This document shows, one piece after another, positions 12,640-26,169 of a DNA stretch of 64,000 nucleotides. The notes under the pieces are model-generated. The model saw nothing but the letters and a program-made list of their open reading frames with translations, was not told where the DNA came from and searched no databases. Positions within the stretch are counted from its first letter, which is position 1. Each line of letters opens with the position of its first letter. Both the position numbers and the translations under genes were made by a program. The stretch covers positions 38,998,001-39,062,000 of the forward strand of contig OX597814.1 of the NCBI GenBank assembly GCA_951406725.2, written 5' to 3'. The stretch is from Octopus vulgaris (taxonomy: Eukaryota).

Positions 12640-13490
12640 CAATTTGAAAATGATCTGTACATGTATACGCGGACGCGTGTGTATCGTAGCGTGTGGTAGC
12701 GGATGGTATGTGTGGCACCTTTTGTATGTATGGTAGCCTATGTGTGTGGCAGTACTGTCCTCTGTTCTTCGGAATTTGTGGTGGCTGAAAAGGACTAATA
12801 GAGGGCTTCTGTGAAATTCTCTTTTCTGCTGGGGAAAACGTCAACAGAACAGTTTTCTTATTTAGAAAAGCTTATAAAGACGTTGCTTTCAGCAAAATGT
12901 AAGTTTACGAATGGTTTCTATGCTTTGGGAATGGTCACTTGTCGTTTGCAGACCAACTTGTCGTTTAGGATGTGAGTCGACTACACCGAACAAATGAAAA
13001 CATCATGAAAATTCACGAACTGATCTTGGAGGACTGTCACTGAACAATTGACGAACATGTTGATATGGTTGATGTGTACTGGAGCTCCAGCTATCACATT
13101 TTGAGCGAAGAATTACGAATGAAAAATGAGTGCCTTTCTTGCTCACAGAATATCAAAAGCAATCACGACTGAAAGCGTGTTGTAAAATGAAAGCGTGTCC
13201 TGAACTGAAACAGATAGATGTTGATCCGGAAGTTGTTTTCGAACGTTATCACTGATGACAAAAGCTGGCAGTACAGCATTTGCAGATGCGGATAAGAGGA
13301 TAAAAAACAACAACATGGAATCGTTAAAAGGTACCACTTAACAAGAGTTCTAGTATCGCTTCAAATAGTGGGAACAGCCACTGGACCGATGCATTGCTTC
13401 AAATGGAGAATACTCTGAAAGTGAAAATATGTAAAACTATGTGAATTATACAGTATTGTACACACACTGTTACTTTTGGGTGGCCCCTCG
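12640..13490 (+). mobile_element. Decayed mariner transposon with right TIR
   Basis: VKFSFLLGKT..KAYKDVAFSK..VYEWF..FGNG..TNENIMKIHELILED (N-terminal HTH). Ends TTACTTTTGGGTGGCCCCTCG|TA. Left boundary approximate. Confidence 0.8.
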
Positions 13491-13554
13491 TATGTATTTA
13501 AGTGTACACCACCTATCTTCGTCTTTTGCATTTTTTTGTGAATTCTCACCCTAA

Positions 13555-13899
<345 letters not shown>

Positions 13900-14077
13900 T
13901 ATATACACATATATATATTCGTGTGTGCGCGCGTGTCTGTGTATGCCTGTATGCACGTGTAAGTGGGTGGGTGTGAATGTGTTTGTGCATATATACATAT
14001 ACTTATGTATGCGTACATGTATATATTCGTGCGCGTTTGTGTGCGTGCTCGTGCCTGTCTGTGTGTGTGTCTATGCG

Positions 14078-14123
<46 letters not shown>

Positions 14124-15533
14124 GTATATATATATATGACTGTAGGGGCAATACATCGACTGTTAAATGAGCAATATAGACGACGAAAACTGACTCAGGT
14201 ATTTTGCCAGCATTCTCTACTATCACTCGTTTCGTTGATGATTCGTTATGTGACTTCTATATTTTAAGTTACCCTCAACCGTTTCATTTATGTTCGAAAT
14301 ATCCCAGCATTTCACTCAAATGCAAACATTATAAACATTGTACATTGTTCATTACATACGTTAGATACTTGCAGATGATTTTATTTATAAATTGAAATAT
14401 TCTCCAGAGACTGAAGTTTTTCACCTCACTTTATTATATATATATGAGAGTCGAGCGTATCTAATTATCATGGACGACACTCCTCTGAGGTATTTTCTCT
14501 TTCTCCCTCCTCTCCTCTCTCTCTCTCTTTCTCTGTCGTAATATTACTCTTTAACTTAATATCGATTTTGCTATTTTCTAAACTCTACCCAACGAGAAAT
14601 AGACTCTGCTACGCCATAATTACTGTTGGGGTGGGGGATTTCTCACAATAATATTTTCCTAGCAGCCGGTTATCTGTTTAGCCTAATTACTTGTAATAAA
14701 TAAATATATAAAAGAAGATGACTAAGAATTAATTTATTTAATCTTGTTTACATTTCAGAGATAGATTCAGAGGCTTGTTTTTCTCGTTCTGTCAATCAAT
14801 AGATTTCGTAAATAATTACATTTTTTTCCGGCTTTGTAATATATATTTTTTTAATTTAGTAGTTGCTTTGTTGTACTTTACTTTAAATTAACTTTTCTGT
14901 AACTACTAGATATGTCAAGAAGAATAGAAATTTAAAAAAAGATACTCAAAATACATCAATAAAATATCGAAGACATTATTTAATTAATTATATTTGTCGT
15001 TTCTTTTTGTTAACTTTTTTTGTTTGTGTTTTGTTTTGCTTTGTTTTGTTCCTTTGTTCCGTTTTTTATTTGTTTTAGCTTTCAATTTCTCATTCTATTC
15101 TCGCACAACATTCATTATATAGAAAAGAAAACAATTTGTTCTAACACGAAAATTATGATATATTAGATAACAATTGAACAACAATTTTTATTTGTATGAA
15201 TAGTGTAATGACTATTTTAAATGTACATCTAAATATTTGATCGAATACATTTAATATTTACATCTTGAATAAATCAAAGAAAAGTTTAAATTTATAATTA
15301 AATTTACCCTTCCCACACAGCCATAAGACGCTGGCATCTTTACACTGAGAATCAGACATCCTATCAACCAAGCTGTATTTTTCTTACGTGAATTTTCATG
15401 TAGCATCATCATGTATCAAATATATATATTTTACAGATGGTTCAAATCCGTCCATCTTCCTCTCTCAAACTAATTTTCATTGCATCCATCTCAATATCAA
15501 TTCTAATAATCTGTCACACGTTTTTCACTAGGA

Positions 15534-15588
<55 letters not shown>

Positions 15589-15734
15589 TCGCATTTCTTT
15601 TCCTCTTTCTTGTTCAGCTTGCACTTTATACCTGACATTTCTGTCTCTGTTTCCAGATGGGGGAAGCAATTTATCTTGTATCTTACATTCATATCTTTCT
15701 ATAGTATACTCCCCTCATTTCAGGGGTCTTGTCT

Positions 15735-15945
15735 TGTGAGTAATCGGTGACATTACCGGAGCTGGTGCCAAGGTCAATGCGCCCATTAAATTAAATGGAG
15801 CAGTTGGCGTTACGAAGAGCTTCCAAATGTAGAGACCATGCCAAACCAGACAGTGCAGCACGGCGCATTTCATATGAAGCTGTCCATACCATTCCAGCAT
15901 GGAAAAAGAGGACGTTAAATATGATAATGAATATGATGATGATGA
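15735..15945 (+). mobile_element. SINE/LINE 3' tail ending in (GAT)n
   Basis: ...CCAGCATGGAAAAAGAGGACGTTAAATATGAT..GATGATGAT, an RTE-like tail. Confidence 0.55.
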
Positions 15946-15952
15946 TACTTGC

Positions 15953-15994
<42 letters not shown>

Positions 15995-15995
<1 letters not shown>

Positions 15996-16842
15996 TAGCT
16001 GCTAAGTCCGGTTTCACCTGGTCTGTTTGGATAATGTGGCTGTGATCGTTTTCGGTTAGGCATACTCTATAACAGCGTTTCTCAAACTTATAATTTCGAG
16101 TTCCCTGTTTCCATTGGAGCCTCCAGCTGTATGAAAATTGCCTGAATCCCCCACCCCTGTCAGAAAACAGCTTCAGGTGTTGTGAAGAACGAATTTGTAC
16201 GTAGTCTGTTTGTGAGAGCTATTCTATTGGACCTATGTCTAATCATTGAAACATTGATTTAATTATGAACATAGAAAGAAATTATACATTTGATCCTTAT
16301 TTTCGTAATCAGTTGTATCCGTAAAAATTTTATTTGCACAGAGCAGAAGTTGAAAGAAGATATATGAAATGGACGTGTGTGTGTGCACGCGCGCATGAGT
16401 ATGTGAGAGAGAAAGGAGGTGAGAAAGATAGACTGAGTGAGTGACGGTGATGATTGACATCGTTTAAGGTACACGCATATACACATATGGAAAAGTTTAT
16501 GTTAAATTTTTGAAATGCCAATATATGAATGAAAATTAAGTTCAGACCTCTACTTGGTAGCTAGACCTGGTAATAATAGCAGCCAAATCTCCTCCAAAAC
16601 AACCCTACTGTCCTAATCCAACAATTCTGCTTATTACGTAGTTTGAAAACTGAAGAATGAATTTGTACGTAGTTCGTTTGTGAGAGCTATTCTGTCTAAT
16701 CATAAACACATTGATTTAATTATGAACAGAGAAAGAAATTGTACGTTAATCCCTATTTTTGTTAGTGGCTGTATCCGTAAAAATTATATTTGCAGAGAGC
16801 AGAAATTGAAAGAAAGATATATGAAATGGACGTGTGTGCGCT

Positions 16843-16924
<82 letters not shown>

Positions 16925-17457
16925 TGTGTATCTGAGTGTGTGTATGTATGTGTGTGTTTGTGTGTGCGTGCGTGCGTGCGTGTTACCGGCTAATTTGGCA
17001 GGTGTTTTGCAGTCAGCACAAGGTGGTTTGCGTTTATCTCTCGCGTCGAATTGTTGATAATTTGTCTGTAATAGCAATGCCCGGAGAGATAAAAATATCT
17101 TCGTTTTTTATTCCTTCGCCTTCAGTAAAAGGAGCCAGGAGCCCTTCTCCGGTAAGTTTATGAAACAATAGAAATAAATTTAATAATTTTTAGTTTCAGT
17201 TTATATTCTGTTACCGTACTATATGTTAATTGTTAATAAAGTATACTAACACAGGTACCACCATCCTATCTTTCAGAGGAATTGATATTTTTAAATGAAA
17301 TTTTCAACAAATACGTTTCAGATAAAGTGGATTCCGATTATGACAGAATTTGTCGCGAAAAATTTCTTCGCTGCTAAGAAAAGTTTCGGAAAATTATATT
17401 CACATACAAGTGGATTATATATATATATGAATATATAAATATATATATATATATAGA
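15995..17457 (-). mobile_element. Non-autonomous Helitron-like element
   Basis: Minus-strand 3' CTAG|T at 15995-15998 with a degenerate GC hairpin (GTCCGGTTTCACCTGGTC) ~10 bp inside. Possible 5' A|TC-TATATA end near 17457. Internal duplication 16181-16395 / 16651-16850. Confidence 0.45.
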
Positions 17458-17786
17458 TATAGTTTATATATATATATTCACATAAATTTGTATATATGTA
17501 TATATATATATATATGTATAGGGTTTCAGGGACTCTGCGAGATAGTGTGTTGTGTATGTAATGGTGGGAGAGAGAGAAGGAGAGAGAGAGAAGGTAGGTG
17601 TTTTGTTTTTGCTTAATATGCATAGCAGACCGTTACATAAACATACATGCAAACAACAAGCAAAAACAGAAAACGTAACCTCTGTCTCTCTCTCTTTCTC
17701 TATCAGTCACTCACGCATTCACTCACTACATAAAGTAAAAAAAAAAAATTCGGTTATCTCTTTCTCACTCTCTCTCTCTCAATCAT

Positions 17787-17836
<50 letters not shown>

Positions 17837-19789
17837 CAGCACCATTGCTCTCGCTGTCTCTTCACAGACACTGACAAAATTTCACATACACACTACACAA
17901 TCTATCTCGCACGACCCATCACGCACACCCACACACATAAATTCCTCCGCTTCACGCCGACTTCAAATGATAGTCCTACCCCACAAAGAGGTGAAAGAAG
18001 ACAGACAGCCTAGCGTAAGTTTTGGCAGACTGCCATCCTGCACTCCACATGGTGATGCCTAAATGGTCTATAAGCCGGCTGTGTGAACAACTGGTTTCTT
18101 TTAATTGCGGAACAAACAGGAATTGCATTAGAAAGGTTTTAAGCAATTTTCTCGTTAAGTATGTGGTCTAGGAAAGAAATAGAAACCGAATTCCAATCTA
18201 CGCACACTTCTCCATATGTGTGCCACTTTTCTCGCGAATCCACCCTGCCGTTTGGCTATGAACCTCAAGACAAAAAGGAATACAATGATCGCTCATGTTC
18301 AATTTATGTCATATATATGTATACACCTATGCATGCGTATGAGTGTGTGACTGGGTGTGTGCCTATTTATTAAAAAAACATTATAAACAGTGTCGTGAAT
18401 TTTCTCAAAGTAGATGTGTTAAAGGTGTTCATTACACATGGAGGTGTTGAGACTTTAAAGTTATGTTTTCTCCTTAGTTGTGATGTTTTTTCCTTAGTAG
18501 GATAAATGATTGAAAAGTTACTCAGATTTTCACGTTAGATTATGAAAGCAAAATTGAACGATATGATTAATCACTAAATATGACCACTTGTAAGTTTTCG
18601 TAAGTGAATCAGGATAAATAGATAGCAATATTCTTTACATTACAATATTCATAGCAGAACAATAAGCTTAATCACTAAATGAGATCTTTTTTTTCTTTTT
18701 TAGATTTTATAACTCGATAAAATTTTATAACATTATTGAAATAATTTTCTGTAAAAATATTTCATTCAAAAATTTTGTCTTAAGCAATACATTTTTTAAC
18801 CTAAAAATCTCACTTTTAATGGCATTGTAGCTTGAATTCAGCACAATATTCTCAAAGTTACACATTTTTGCAAATATCTTACTAATCTTTTACTCAACAC
18901 TTTTAAAAATTCTAAAGGTTTCAGTTTTGTTTTTCAAAACTTTGTTTTATGTAATGATGAAAAAGTCTATTATTTTCCAAAATCTTCTTAAGATATGTCA
19001 GCAAGAAAATGGTACGAAAACTCTTAGACTTGTTAATAAATATCTATTTCGGGTATTCTACTACCATTCTACTATTACACGACCATAAAATATATTCCAT
19101 ACAGCAATACTCACAACTCACACAGGCAAAGAGAAAACATAACGAATCCACCCGGCTTTGATTAACTATATGCGCCTTTCTGGATTAAAGCTATGTAAAA
19201 TAACACATACCTTATTTCCCTCATCAGTATAGTATTTCAATTATAAATTCGAGAGCACTAGCAATGAAGATATCTACCAAGCGCCATCGAACACAATTAA
19301 TATCCAAACAACCAGTACTTCCGAATTTATACAGACGAGTTAAGGCTCGCATATTCTCCTAATAACCCAGGCGAGTTACTAGTAAACCCATAGAAACTAC
19401 AGTTCACTATCAGGGTAAAATTAATTAATGAATTTATAATTAATAATCTTGCCAAATAGTTCCGTATGTGAAAAGAACCATTGTCGGTAAATGTATACAA
19501 AAATTATATTATAAACATAATTATAATTATAAAAGTTTCGATGAATTAGAAATACACGAAAATCATTTATGTCGAACAAGTCAAATAAATAATCTCAACA
19601 ATGAGTACAAACAACATGCGTAAATTGTGGATGAGCATAGGCAAGTATTTGTTTATGACTTATGGTTATATAAACGAAAGTATTTACAATAAATCCTACA
19701 CTCACCCTTAGAAACTCCTCAACAAAAACAAGGCAATCACTAATATGCATATATACATGAGAACATGTGGGCAATATTTTAACTTTTAT

Positions 19790-19985
19790 CTCTTACATGT
19801 TTCAGTCCTAAGACTGCGGTAATAGAGGATCACTGCCTTGAAGATTTTGTAACCAAATGAACCAAACCCAGTATTTTTGTGTTGTAAGCCTGGTAGTTAT
19901 TGCCGAACCCCTATTTTATAGGAACCTAAACACACCAACACTTGCTGTTAAGAGGTGGTACCGGACAAACACAGACGCAGTGTGA
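19790..19985 (+). mobile_element. SINE-derived fragment (S3 tail, reverse orientation)
   Basis: TTACATGTTTCAGTCCTAAGACTGCGG...AACACACCAACACTTGCTGTTAAG, similar to 9040-9245. Confidence 0.6.
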
Positions 19986-20150
19986 AGCAATATGAATACG
20001 CAGGAACAAACACACAAACACATACATACACACACATATACGTACACACATATACGTATAGGGTTTTGCCCCAGGCGCGCCGGATCCTCTTCTCAGCATG
20101 GGAACGCATTCTTTTCGAGTCAGTGCCCCAGTATGACCGCAATCAAATGA

Positions 20151-20216
<66 letters not shown>

Positions 20217-20947
20217 CGTGTGTGTGTGTGTGTGCGTATGTATGTATATATTGATAGAAATTATAAGACATATATACAGAGAGAGAGAGAAAGAGAAAAA
20301 GAGAGATGCATAAAAACATACATATATGCATGCATGCATGCATCCATCCATAAATATATGCATAGATATTTACTTATATGCTGATGATGATGCCTATAAT
20401 GTCAATAAGTAGTGACATGTTGGAACAGAGCACGAAACGAGCACGACTCGTAAAATCTGGCGTTTTAATCATGGAAGACGTAGGGAAGGTGTCTGTGAGC
20501 TAACTAAGAAACCAATCGATCTAGCGAATAATACTAAAATGACAAATGATGTTCAAGCAGTTATGTAAGACAACTATTTTATAAAGATTTTGCTGGTACA
20601 TAAATATAATTTTAAAGCAAAAGAATTGTACATGATAAATCTTTACAACGGTTTCATATAATTCGGTGACTACACAGTACTGCAGCTGTAGGTAATGATA
20701 AAATATATCATAGCGAAGTACAAAATTTGAGGTGAAGCTATAAGTAAGACACAAAATTCGACTCAAATTCTAAGTGAAAAACCACCGAAATTTCAGTTGA
20801 AAGAATACAAGCATACATATTTTTAATAGTCACATTTATGGAATATGTCAAAAGAATAGGGCGCAAGAAGGATGGAAGAATGTAGACGTATCAACAAAAT
20901 AGACGAAGCTGTGAAATATTTGTAAAGATTTTATGAACTATTTCTCT

Positions 20948-20988
<41 letters not shown>

Positions 20989-21092
20989 CGCATTTAATAT
21001 AATTGAGAAACGAAGTTTAAGAAATTTTTAAGGAACGCGTGACCTTATAAATGATTCCGTGCCACTTGTAACAGCTTGTCCAAATTTTATCA

Positions 21093-21907
21093 CGTTGTCT
21101 AATCAATACCTATACGGAATGTTGCCATGATAATGAAGCAAACTCTTACGGTGTCAAGCCGCTTGGCATACATTCACCTTCACCTCTGCTGTGTACGCAC
21201 ACTAAGTTTTAACTCTCTTGCACCATTTACAACAGTGCTTGGAGGAAGTGGTGTAGAGTGTGATTGTTGCACTGAATAGGAAAATTTTGTCATGGCGATA
21301 CCTGCTCAGAGGTCTACGCAAAACTGCACAAAGTTTATAGAGAAGAGTGCATGAGCTGCACACAAGTGTATGAGTGGTTCAGACGTTTGCAAGGTAGCCG
21401 AAAAAATTTCGACTTTGACGAAGTTTTTGAGAGGCCTGTAACATAGAAATATGTGCATCCAGCTGTGAGGGCAAATGGGGAAATCATTGAATCACTACCC
21501 TTGAGTTATCAGAGGATGTGCAGATTGGATACTGTTCAGTACAGTCCATTGTCTATCAAGTTTGTACCAAAACTGCTTTCAGCTTACCAAAAAGACGTTC
21601 CTGTTTCAGTTATATTAGATTGTCCTGATTGTGTCTAGAACAATGAAAATCTTTTTAAAACTTTGCGTAGGCCTCTGAGAAGGTATCGACAAGCTTATTA
21701 TAAAATTTGATGTAGGTTGTCTGCTAAAATTTTTCTGTCATGGTCAATGCGATGATCACTCGCACACTACACAACTTCCTTCCAAGAACTGCTGTAAACA
21801 GCGGATGTGAGCAGAATTTGAGGTCAATCTGTGCCGAACAGCTTCACTTTGCGTGCTTTAACTTCGTTACTGTGGCAACAGTCCGGATACTTATTGATCA
21901 GATCATG
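21093..21907 (+). mobile_element. Non-autonomous mariner with left end duplicated as a long inverted repeat
   Basis: TIRs resemble CGAGGTCTGATCAATAAGTATCCGGACTGTTGCC. + strand reads GDTCSEVYAKLHKVYREECMSCTQVYEWFRR; - strand near the right end reads IKFYNKLVDTFSEAYAK. Confidence 0.8.
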
Positions 21908-22066
21908 TATACATAAGTTTAATAAATCAAAATAAATCAAAATACATGATTTTTGTCTTTCTGAGCTGATTCATACATCTCCGTATTCTTTAAATTATGC
22001 AAATGATCTGTAGCGTTAATGTGTTCAATAATCTTGTATTTGTCTTAGTCTCTTAGAGACGAATAG

Positions 22067-22292
22067 TGGCGAGATGGCAGGGACGTTAGCACAGCGGGTG
22101 AAATGCTTAGCGATATTTTGTGTCTTTACGTTCTGAGTTCAAATTCAGACGAGGCCGACTTTGCCTTTCATCCTTTCGAGGTCGATAAATTAAGCACCAG
22201 TTACGCACTGTGGTCGACGTAATCAAGTTGATCCTTTTGTCTGTCCATGTTTCTCCCCTCTATGTTTAGCCCCTTGTGGGCAATAAAAAAAA
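22067..22292 (+). mobile_element. Full-length tRNA-derived SINE S1
   Basis: A-box-like TGGCGAGATGG, B-box GAGTTCAAATTC and an A-rich tail; many copies in the window. Confidence 0.88.
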
Positions 22293-22690
22293 TGAGAAAT
22301 ACGATACAACGCTTGTGATGATGACGCCGATTGCGATACATTTAATGACCGTTTACTTTTTGTTTCTTTCTTTGCATATCTCCAGAATATAATCATTAAG
22401 ACGGTCCTTTTCGTAACGATCTAGATTCTTTTCTATTTTTCCGGATGATCTAAATATCTCATTTGGAGTTGATGTTCATTTCCTGTTTGTAATTATGCCA
22501 CATCTAGACATGGAGGTAACTGTAAAAAATTGAGCTTTTATGTATTTGCTGTAACAGTATTTCTCTTTGGTCAACATTGAGAGCTATTTTCCTAGGCACA
22601 TTTTTGCTTATATGAACAGACACACATTACGTACAAACACAAACGTACAGATTTACATACGCATGCACCCGCGCACACACATAAATACGT

Positions 22691-22727
<37 letters not shown>

Positions 22728-22845
22728 GGAAAACTATGCAATCATTTCGATAGGAATGCACACACACACACAAACACACACACACACACTCACATATATA
22801 TATGTATATATATATATATATATACATGTGCACATATATATATAC

Positions 22846-22899
<54 letters not shown>

Positions 22900-23310
22900 C
22901 AATAATAATTCTCTAAAAGAGATATAGACAGTAACTGCTCGATAACATAAGGGACTAAAGCCATCTGAATATGGCTAGGGACAGGGCAGGGTGGTGGGGG
23001 TGTTACTGTTGCATTTAGCACCAGGCGAACATCGACGTCACCAGAAAGGCTCGACACCGTCACGGTGCCCTTAACCTGCAAAGGGAGGTAATTCCATGGT
23101 TTCAAGGTGTATTGCCTATCGTCGGCGTGTGGTAGGCTTCCGCTTCCTCGACGAATTCTCACTCTGCAGGAGCAGTTACTGTCTATATCTCTTTTAGAGA
23201 ATTATTATTTCTTTCGAACAGATTTTCGAAATCAGCAAATGTATTTTGCTTGAAAATCTATATATGAATATCCTGCAGAGTGAGAATTCGTCGAGGAAGC
23301 GGAAGCCTAC

Positions 23311-23356
23311 CACACGCCGACGATAGGCAATACACCTTGAAACCATGGTCCGTGTG
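23311..23356 (+). ncRNA. Type I hammerhead-like ribozyme, variant core CCGACGA (unit 1)
   Basis: cacacg-CCGACGA-t-agg caataca cct-t-GAAA-ccatgg-TC-cgtgtg. Stem I extends to 23285-23380. Confidence 0.7.
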
Positions 23357-23670
23357 TGGTTTCCGCTTCATCGGGGAATTACCTCCCTTTGCAGGTTAAG
23401 GGCACCGTGACGGTGTCGAGCCTTTCTGGTGACGTCGATGTTCGCCTGGGGCTAAATGCAACAGTAACACCCCCACCACCCTGCCCTGTCCCTAGCCATA
23501 ATCAGATGGCTTTAGTCCCTTATGTTATCGAGCAGTTACTGTCTATATCTCTTTTAGAGAATTATTATTGCTTTCGAACAGATTTTCGAAATCAGCAAAT
23601 GTATTTTGCTTGAAAATCTATATATGAATATCCTGCAGAGTGAGAATTCGTCGAGGAAGCGGAAGCCTAC

Positions 23671-23716
23671 CACACGCCGACGATAGGCAATACACCTTGA
23701 AACCATGGTCCGTGTG
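23671..23716 (+). ncRNA. Type I hammerhead-like ribozyme, variant core CCGACGA (unit 2)
   Basis: Identical to 23311-23356, 360 bp downstream. Confidence 0.7.
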
Positions 23717-23886
23717 TGGTTTCCGCTTCATCGGGGAATTACCTCCCTTTGCAGGTTAAGGGCACCGTGACGGTGTCGAGCCTTTCTGGTGACGTCGATG
23801 TTCGCCTGGGGCTAAATGCAACAGTAACACCCCCACCACACACACACACACACACACACATATTCAGATGGCTTTAGTCCCTTATG

Positions 23887-23921
<35 letters not shown>

Positions 23922-24141
23922 GGATGGATGGATGTGGGTGTAACATCCGTATGCTGTAATGTAATATGACCAGCTAATTCAGGCTGGGAAGCAATGAGAA
24001 ATTAGGAATATAGAAGAAATTCCAATGTAATATAATGAAATATAAATTTATAAGATTAAGAAAATTGTTTTGTATGCCACACACACAGATACGTGTAGTG
24101 TGTTTATATATTCATTTTGATACACACACACATATATATAT

Positions 24142-24196
<55 letters not shown>

Positions 24197-25154
24197 ACAT
24201 ATATGTACATATGCATATATATATATATGTGTGTGTGTATATATATGTGTGTGTGAATATATATATATATATATATGCATATATATACTTATGTATTTGT
24301 AAAGACTGACTGTGAAATGTGTTTATGCATTGTATGTGTGAAGTAGCGCTCTTGTGTGTGAAAACGGGGAGAGAATGTAACACCATTGGAATCTGACACA
24401 GTCCATTATTTATGTATTAACATCAGACACTTATACAGAATCTAACTTTCTACTCCAGATAAATATGCTGCTTTAATCTGGTTACTTATAAATATAAATA
24501 CAATTTAGTTTTCTCAATGATTTCAGCAATCTTGTTTGTTGACGTCATTTTTGATCTCATGTATTAATACACATTTCTCAGGATAGTTAACACTTCTAAG
24601 CTTCTAGATTATTTATTATTTCTGCAGTGTTTGAAAAGAACCTTCTGTGATTATGATACACTTTTGATACATTTTAATCTTAGCAGTTTGTATTGTGGCA
24701 TATTTTAATCTCTCCAATCAGTTTCGTTTTGTAAACATTAAAGTTTATTCGAAGAAATATTGCTCGTTGTGTTTCTGATTGTGTAATCCCCCTTTGCATA
24801 TTACAAAAGAGGCAAAAGGTTTGGCCTTCAATATAGATATATAATATGTTTCTTTATGTTTAGAGTAATACGTATCTGCAACTCTTACAAATCACTGAAC
24901 ACGACCAGTTATCACGTATCACACATGAATTGAAAGAGAATAAGCAAAATACATAAAGAAGTGCCGAAACTTCTCATTGAAATTACTTGAATTTATATAG
25001 CGAGATGTATCTAGTGTCAGGTGCTTCAAGTAAACAATTAAATCGTGTTAAGCAAGACTTTGATTCCAAACATCAGCATATGAAAATAAATACACTCACA
25101 CAGACATATGGCACAAAGACAAAAACATACACACACACATATATTCATTTCTAC

Positions 25155-25268
25155 TGTAGGCACAAGGCCAGGAATTTCGGGGGAGAGGGCCAGGCAATTA
25201 CTACGCAAATGGTACTAAATTTATCGACCTCAAAAAGATAAAAGGCAAAGTCGACCTCGTCGAACTCA
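25155..25268 (-). mobile_element. SINE S1 fragment
   Basis: GGTACTAAATTTATCGACCTCAAAAAGATAAAAGGCAAAGTCGACCTCG. Confidence 0.75.
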
Positions 25269-25328
25269 CACACGCATATAAATATATACGTATATACGTA
25301 TGTAAATATATGTGCGTGTATGTATGTA

Positions 25329-25366
<38 letters not shown>

Positions 25367-25402
25367 CATACATACATACATATATATACATACATACATA
25401 TA

Positions 25403-25455
<53 letters not shown>

Positions 25456-26169
25456 TATCGATCCATAGATAGATAGATAGACTGATATACATATACATAA
25501 ATCTATATATATGGTCTGAGCCTATATTGGTTGAAAGTTGTATGTGTGTGCGCGTGTGTGTTTAGTTAAATTCATGTACACTTACACGTACATTTAAGTG
25601 AATGTGTGTATATATAAGTGTGAGAGTACGTGCGAGTGTACGAATTTTTTTCTGAATATTTGTTTTCAATATCTATACAAATTATAGACTTGCAGGAACA
25701 TTTTTGCCGTCACTCAAGCATTCAAGGAAGAAATAATATATCTAGAAACCGTAAGAACTATTGGAACCAATTTTTCATTCTTCTACATTTAGATTACTTC
25801 AGACACCTGTCGTAATATGTAGACGACGTCCTTTTTCTATTGATCGATATTAAACGAAATGAGTCTTGACAAACTTAAGTGCTTTTTGAAAAAATGCAGC
25901 ATGCGTTGGAAATTTTGTAAGCCTATTAACGATTAACTTCATCGTGCATGGTATTCAGGACGATAGTTGGGTTAATAACGTAAATTATGGAGACTAAAAT
26001 CCCATACAAAAAAATGTTTCTAAGAAATACTATTTCTATATGATGAGATGTGTCTAGTCAGAATATTATATGGAGGCTGTGCAGGAGCCGGTCTCATGAA
26101 AATGTACGTGTATGTATATGTTCTTTAGATATACATGTGTATTTTTATATACATATAAAAAGACACAAA

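Larger units (their letters stand above)
22898..23890 (+). mobile_element. HHR-containing 360-bp tandem array (two direct units plus one inverted partial unit), retrozyme/Penelope-like, between (TA)n tracts
   Basis: 23170-23529 is near-identical to 23530-23890. 22898-23171 is a reverse-complement partial unit. Confidence 0.85.

Noticed and set aside
19345-19383. Possible plus-strand Helitron 3' end (GCGAGTTACTAG|T)
   Set aside because: The hairpin is poor and no matching 5' end or helicase remnant could be supported.
22734-23613. ORFs of 142 aa (-) and 85 aa (+) sharing NYLPLQVKGTVTVSS...
   Set aside because: The identity simply reflects the repeat unit. There is no recognisable domain, and one ORF runs into (TA)n.
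23170-23890. CRISPR-like array
   Set aside because: Whole units are repeated with no unique spacers, and the context is eukaryotic.
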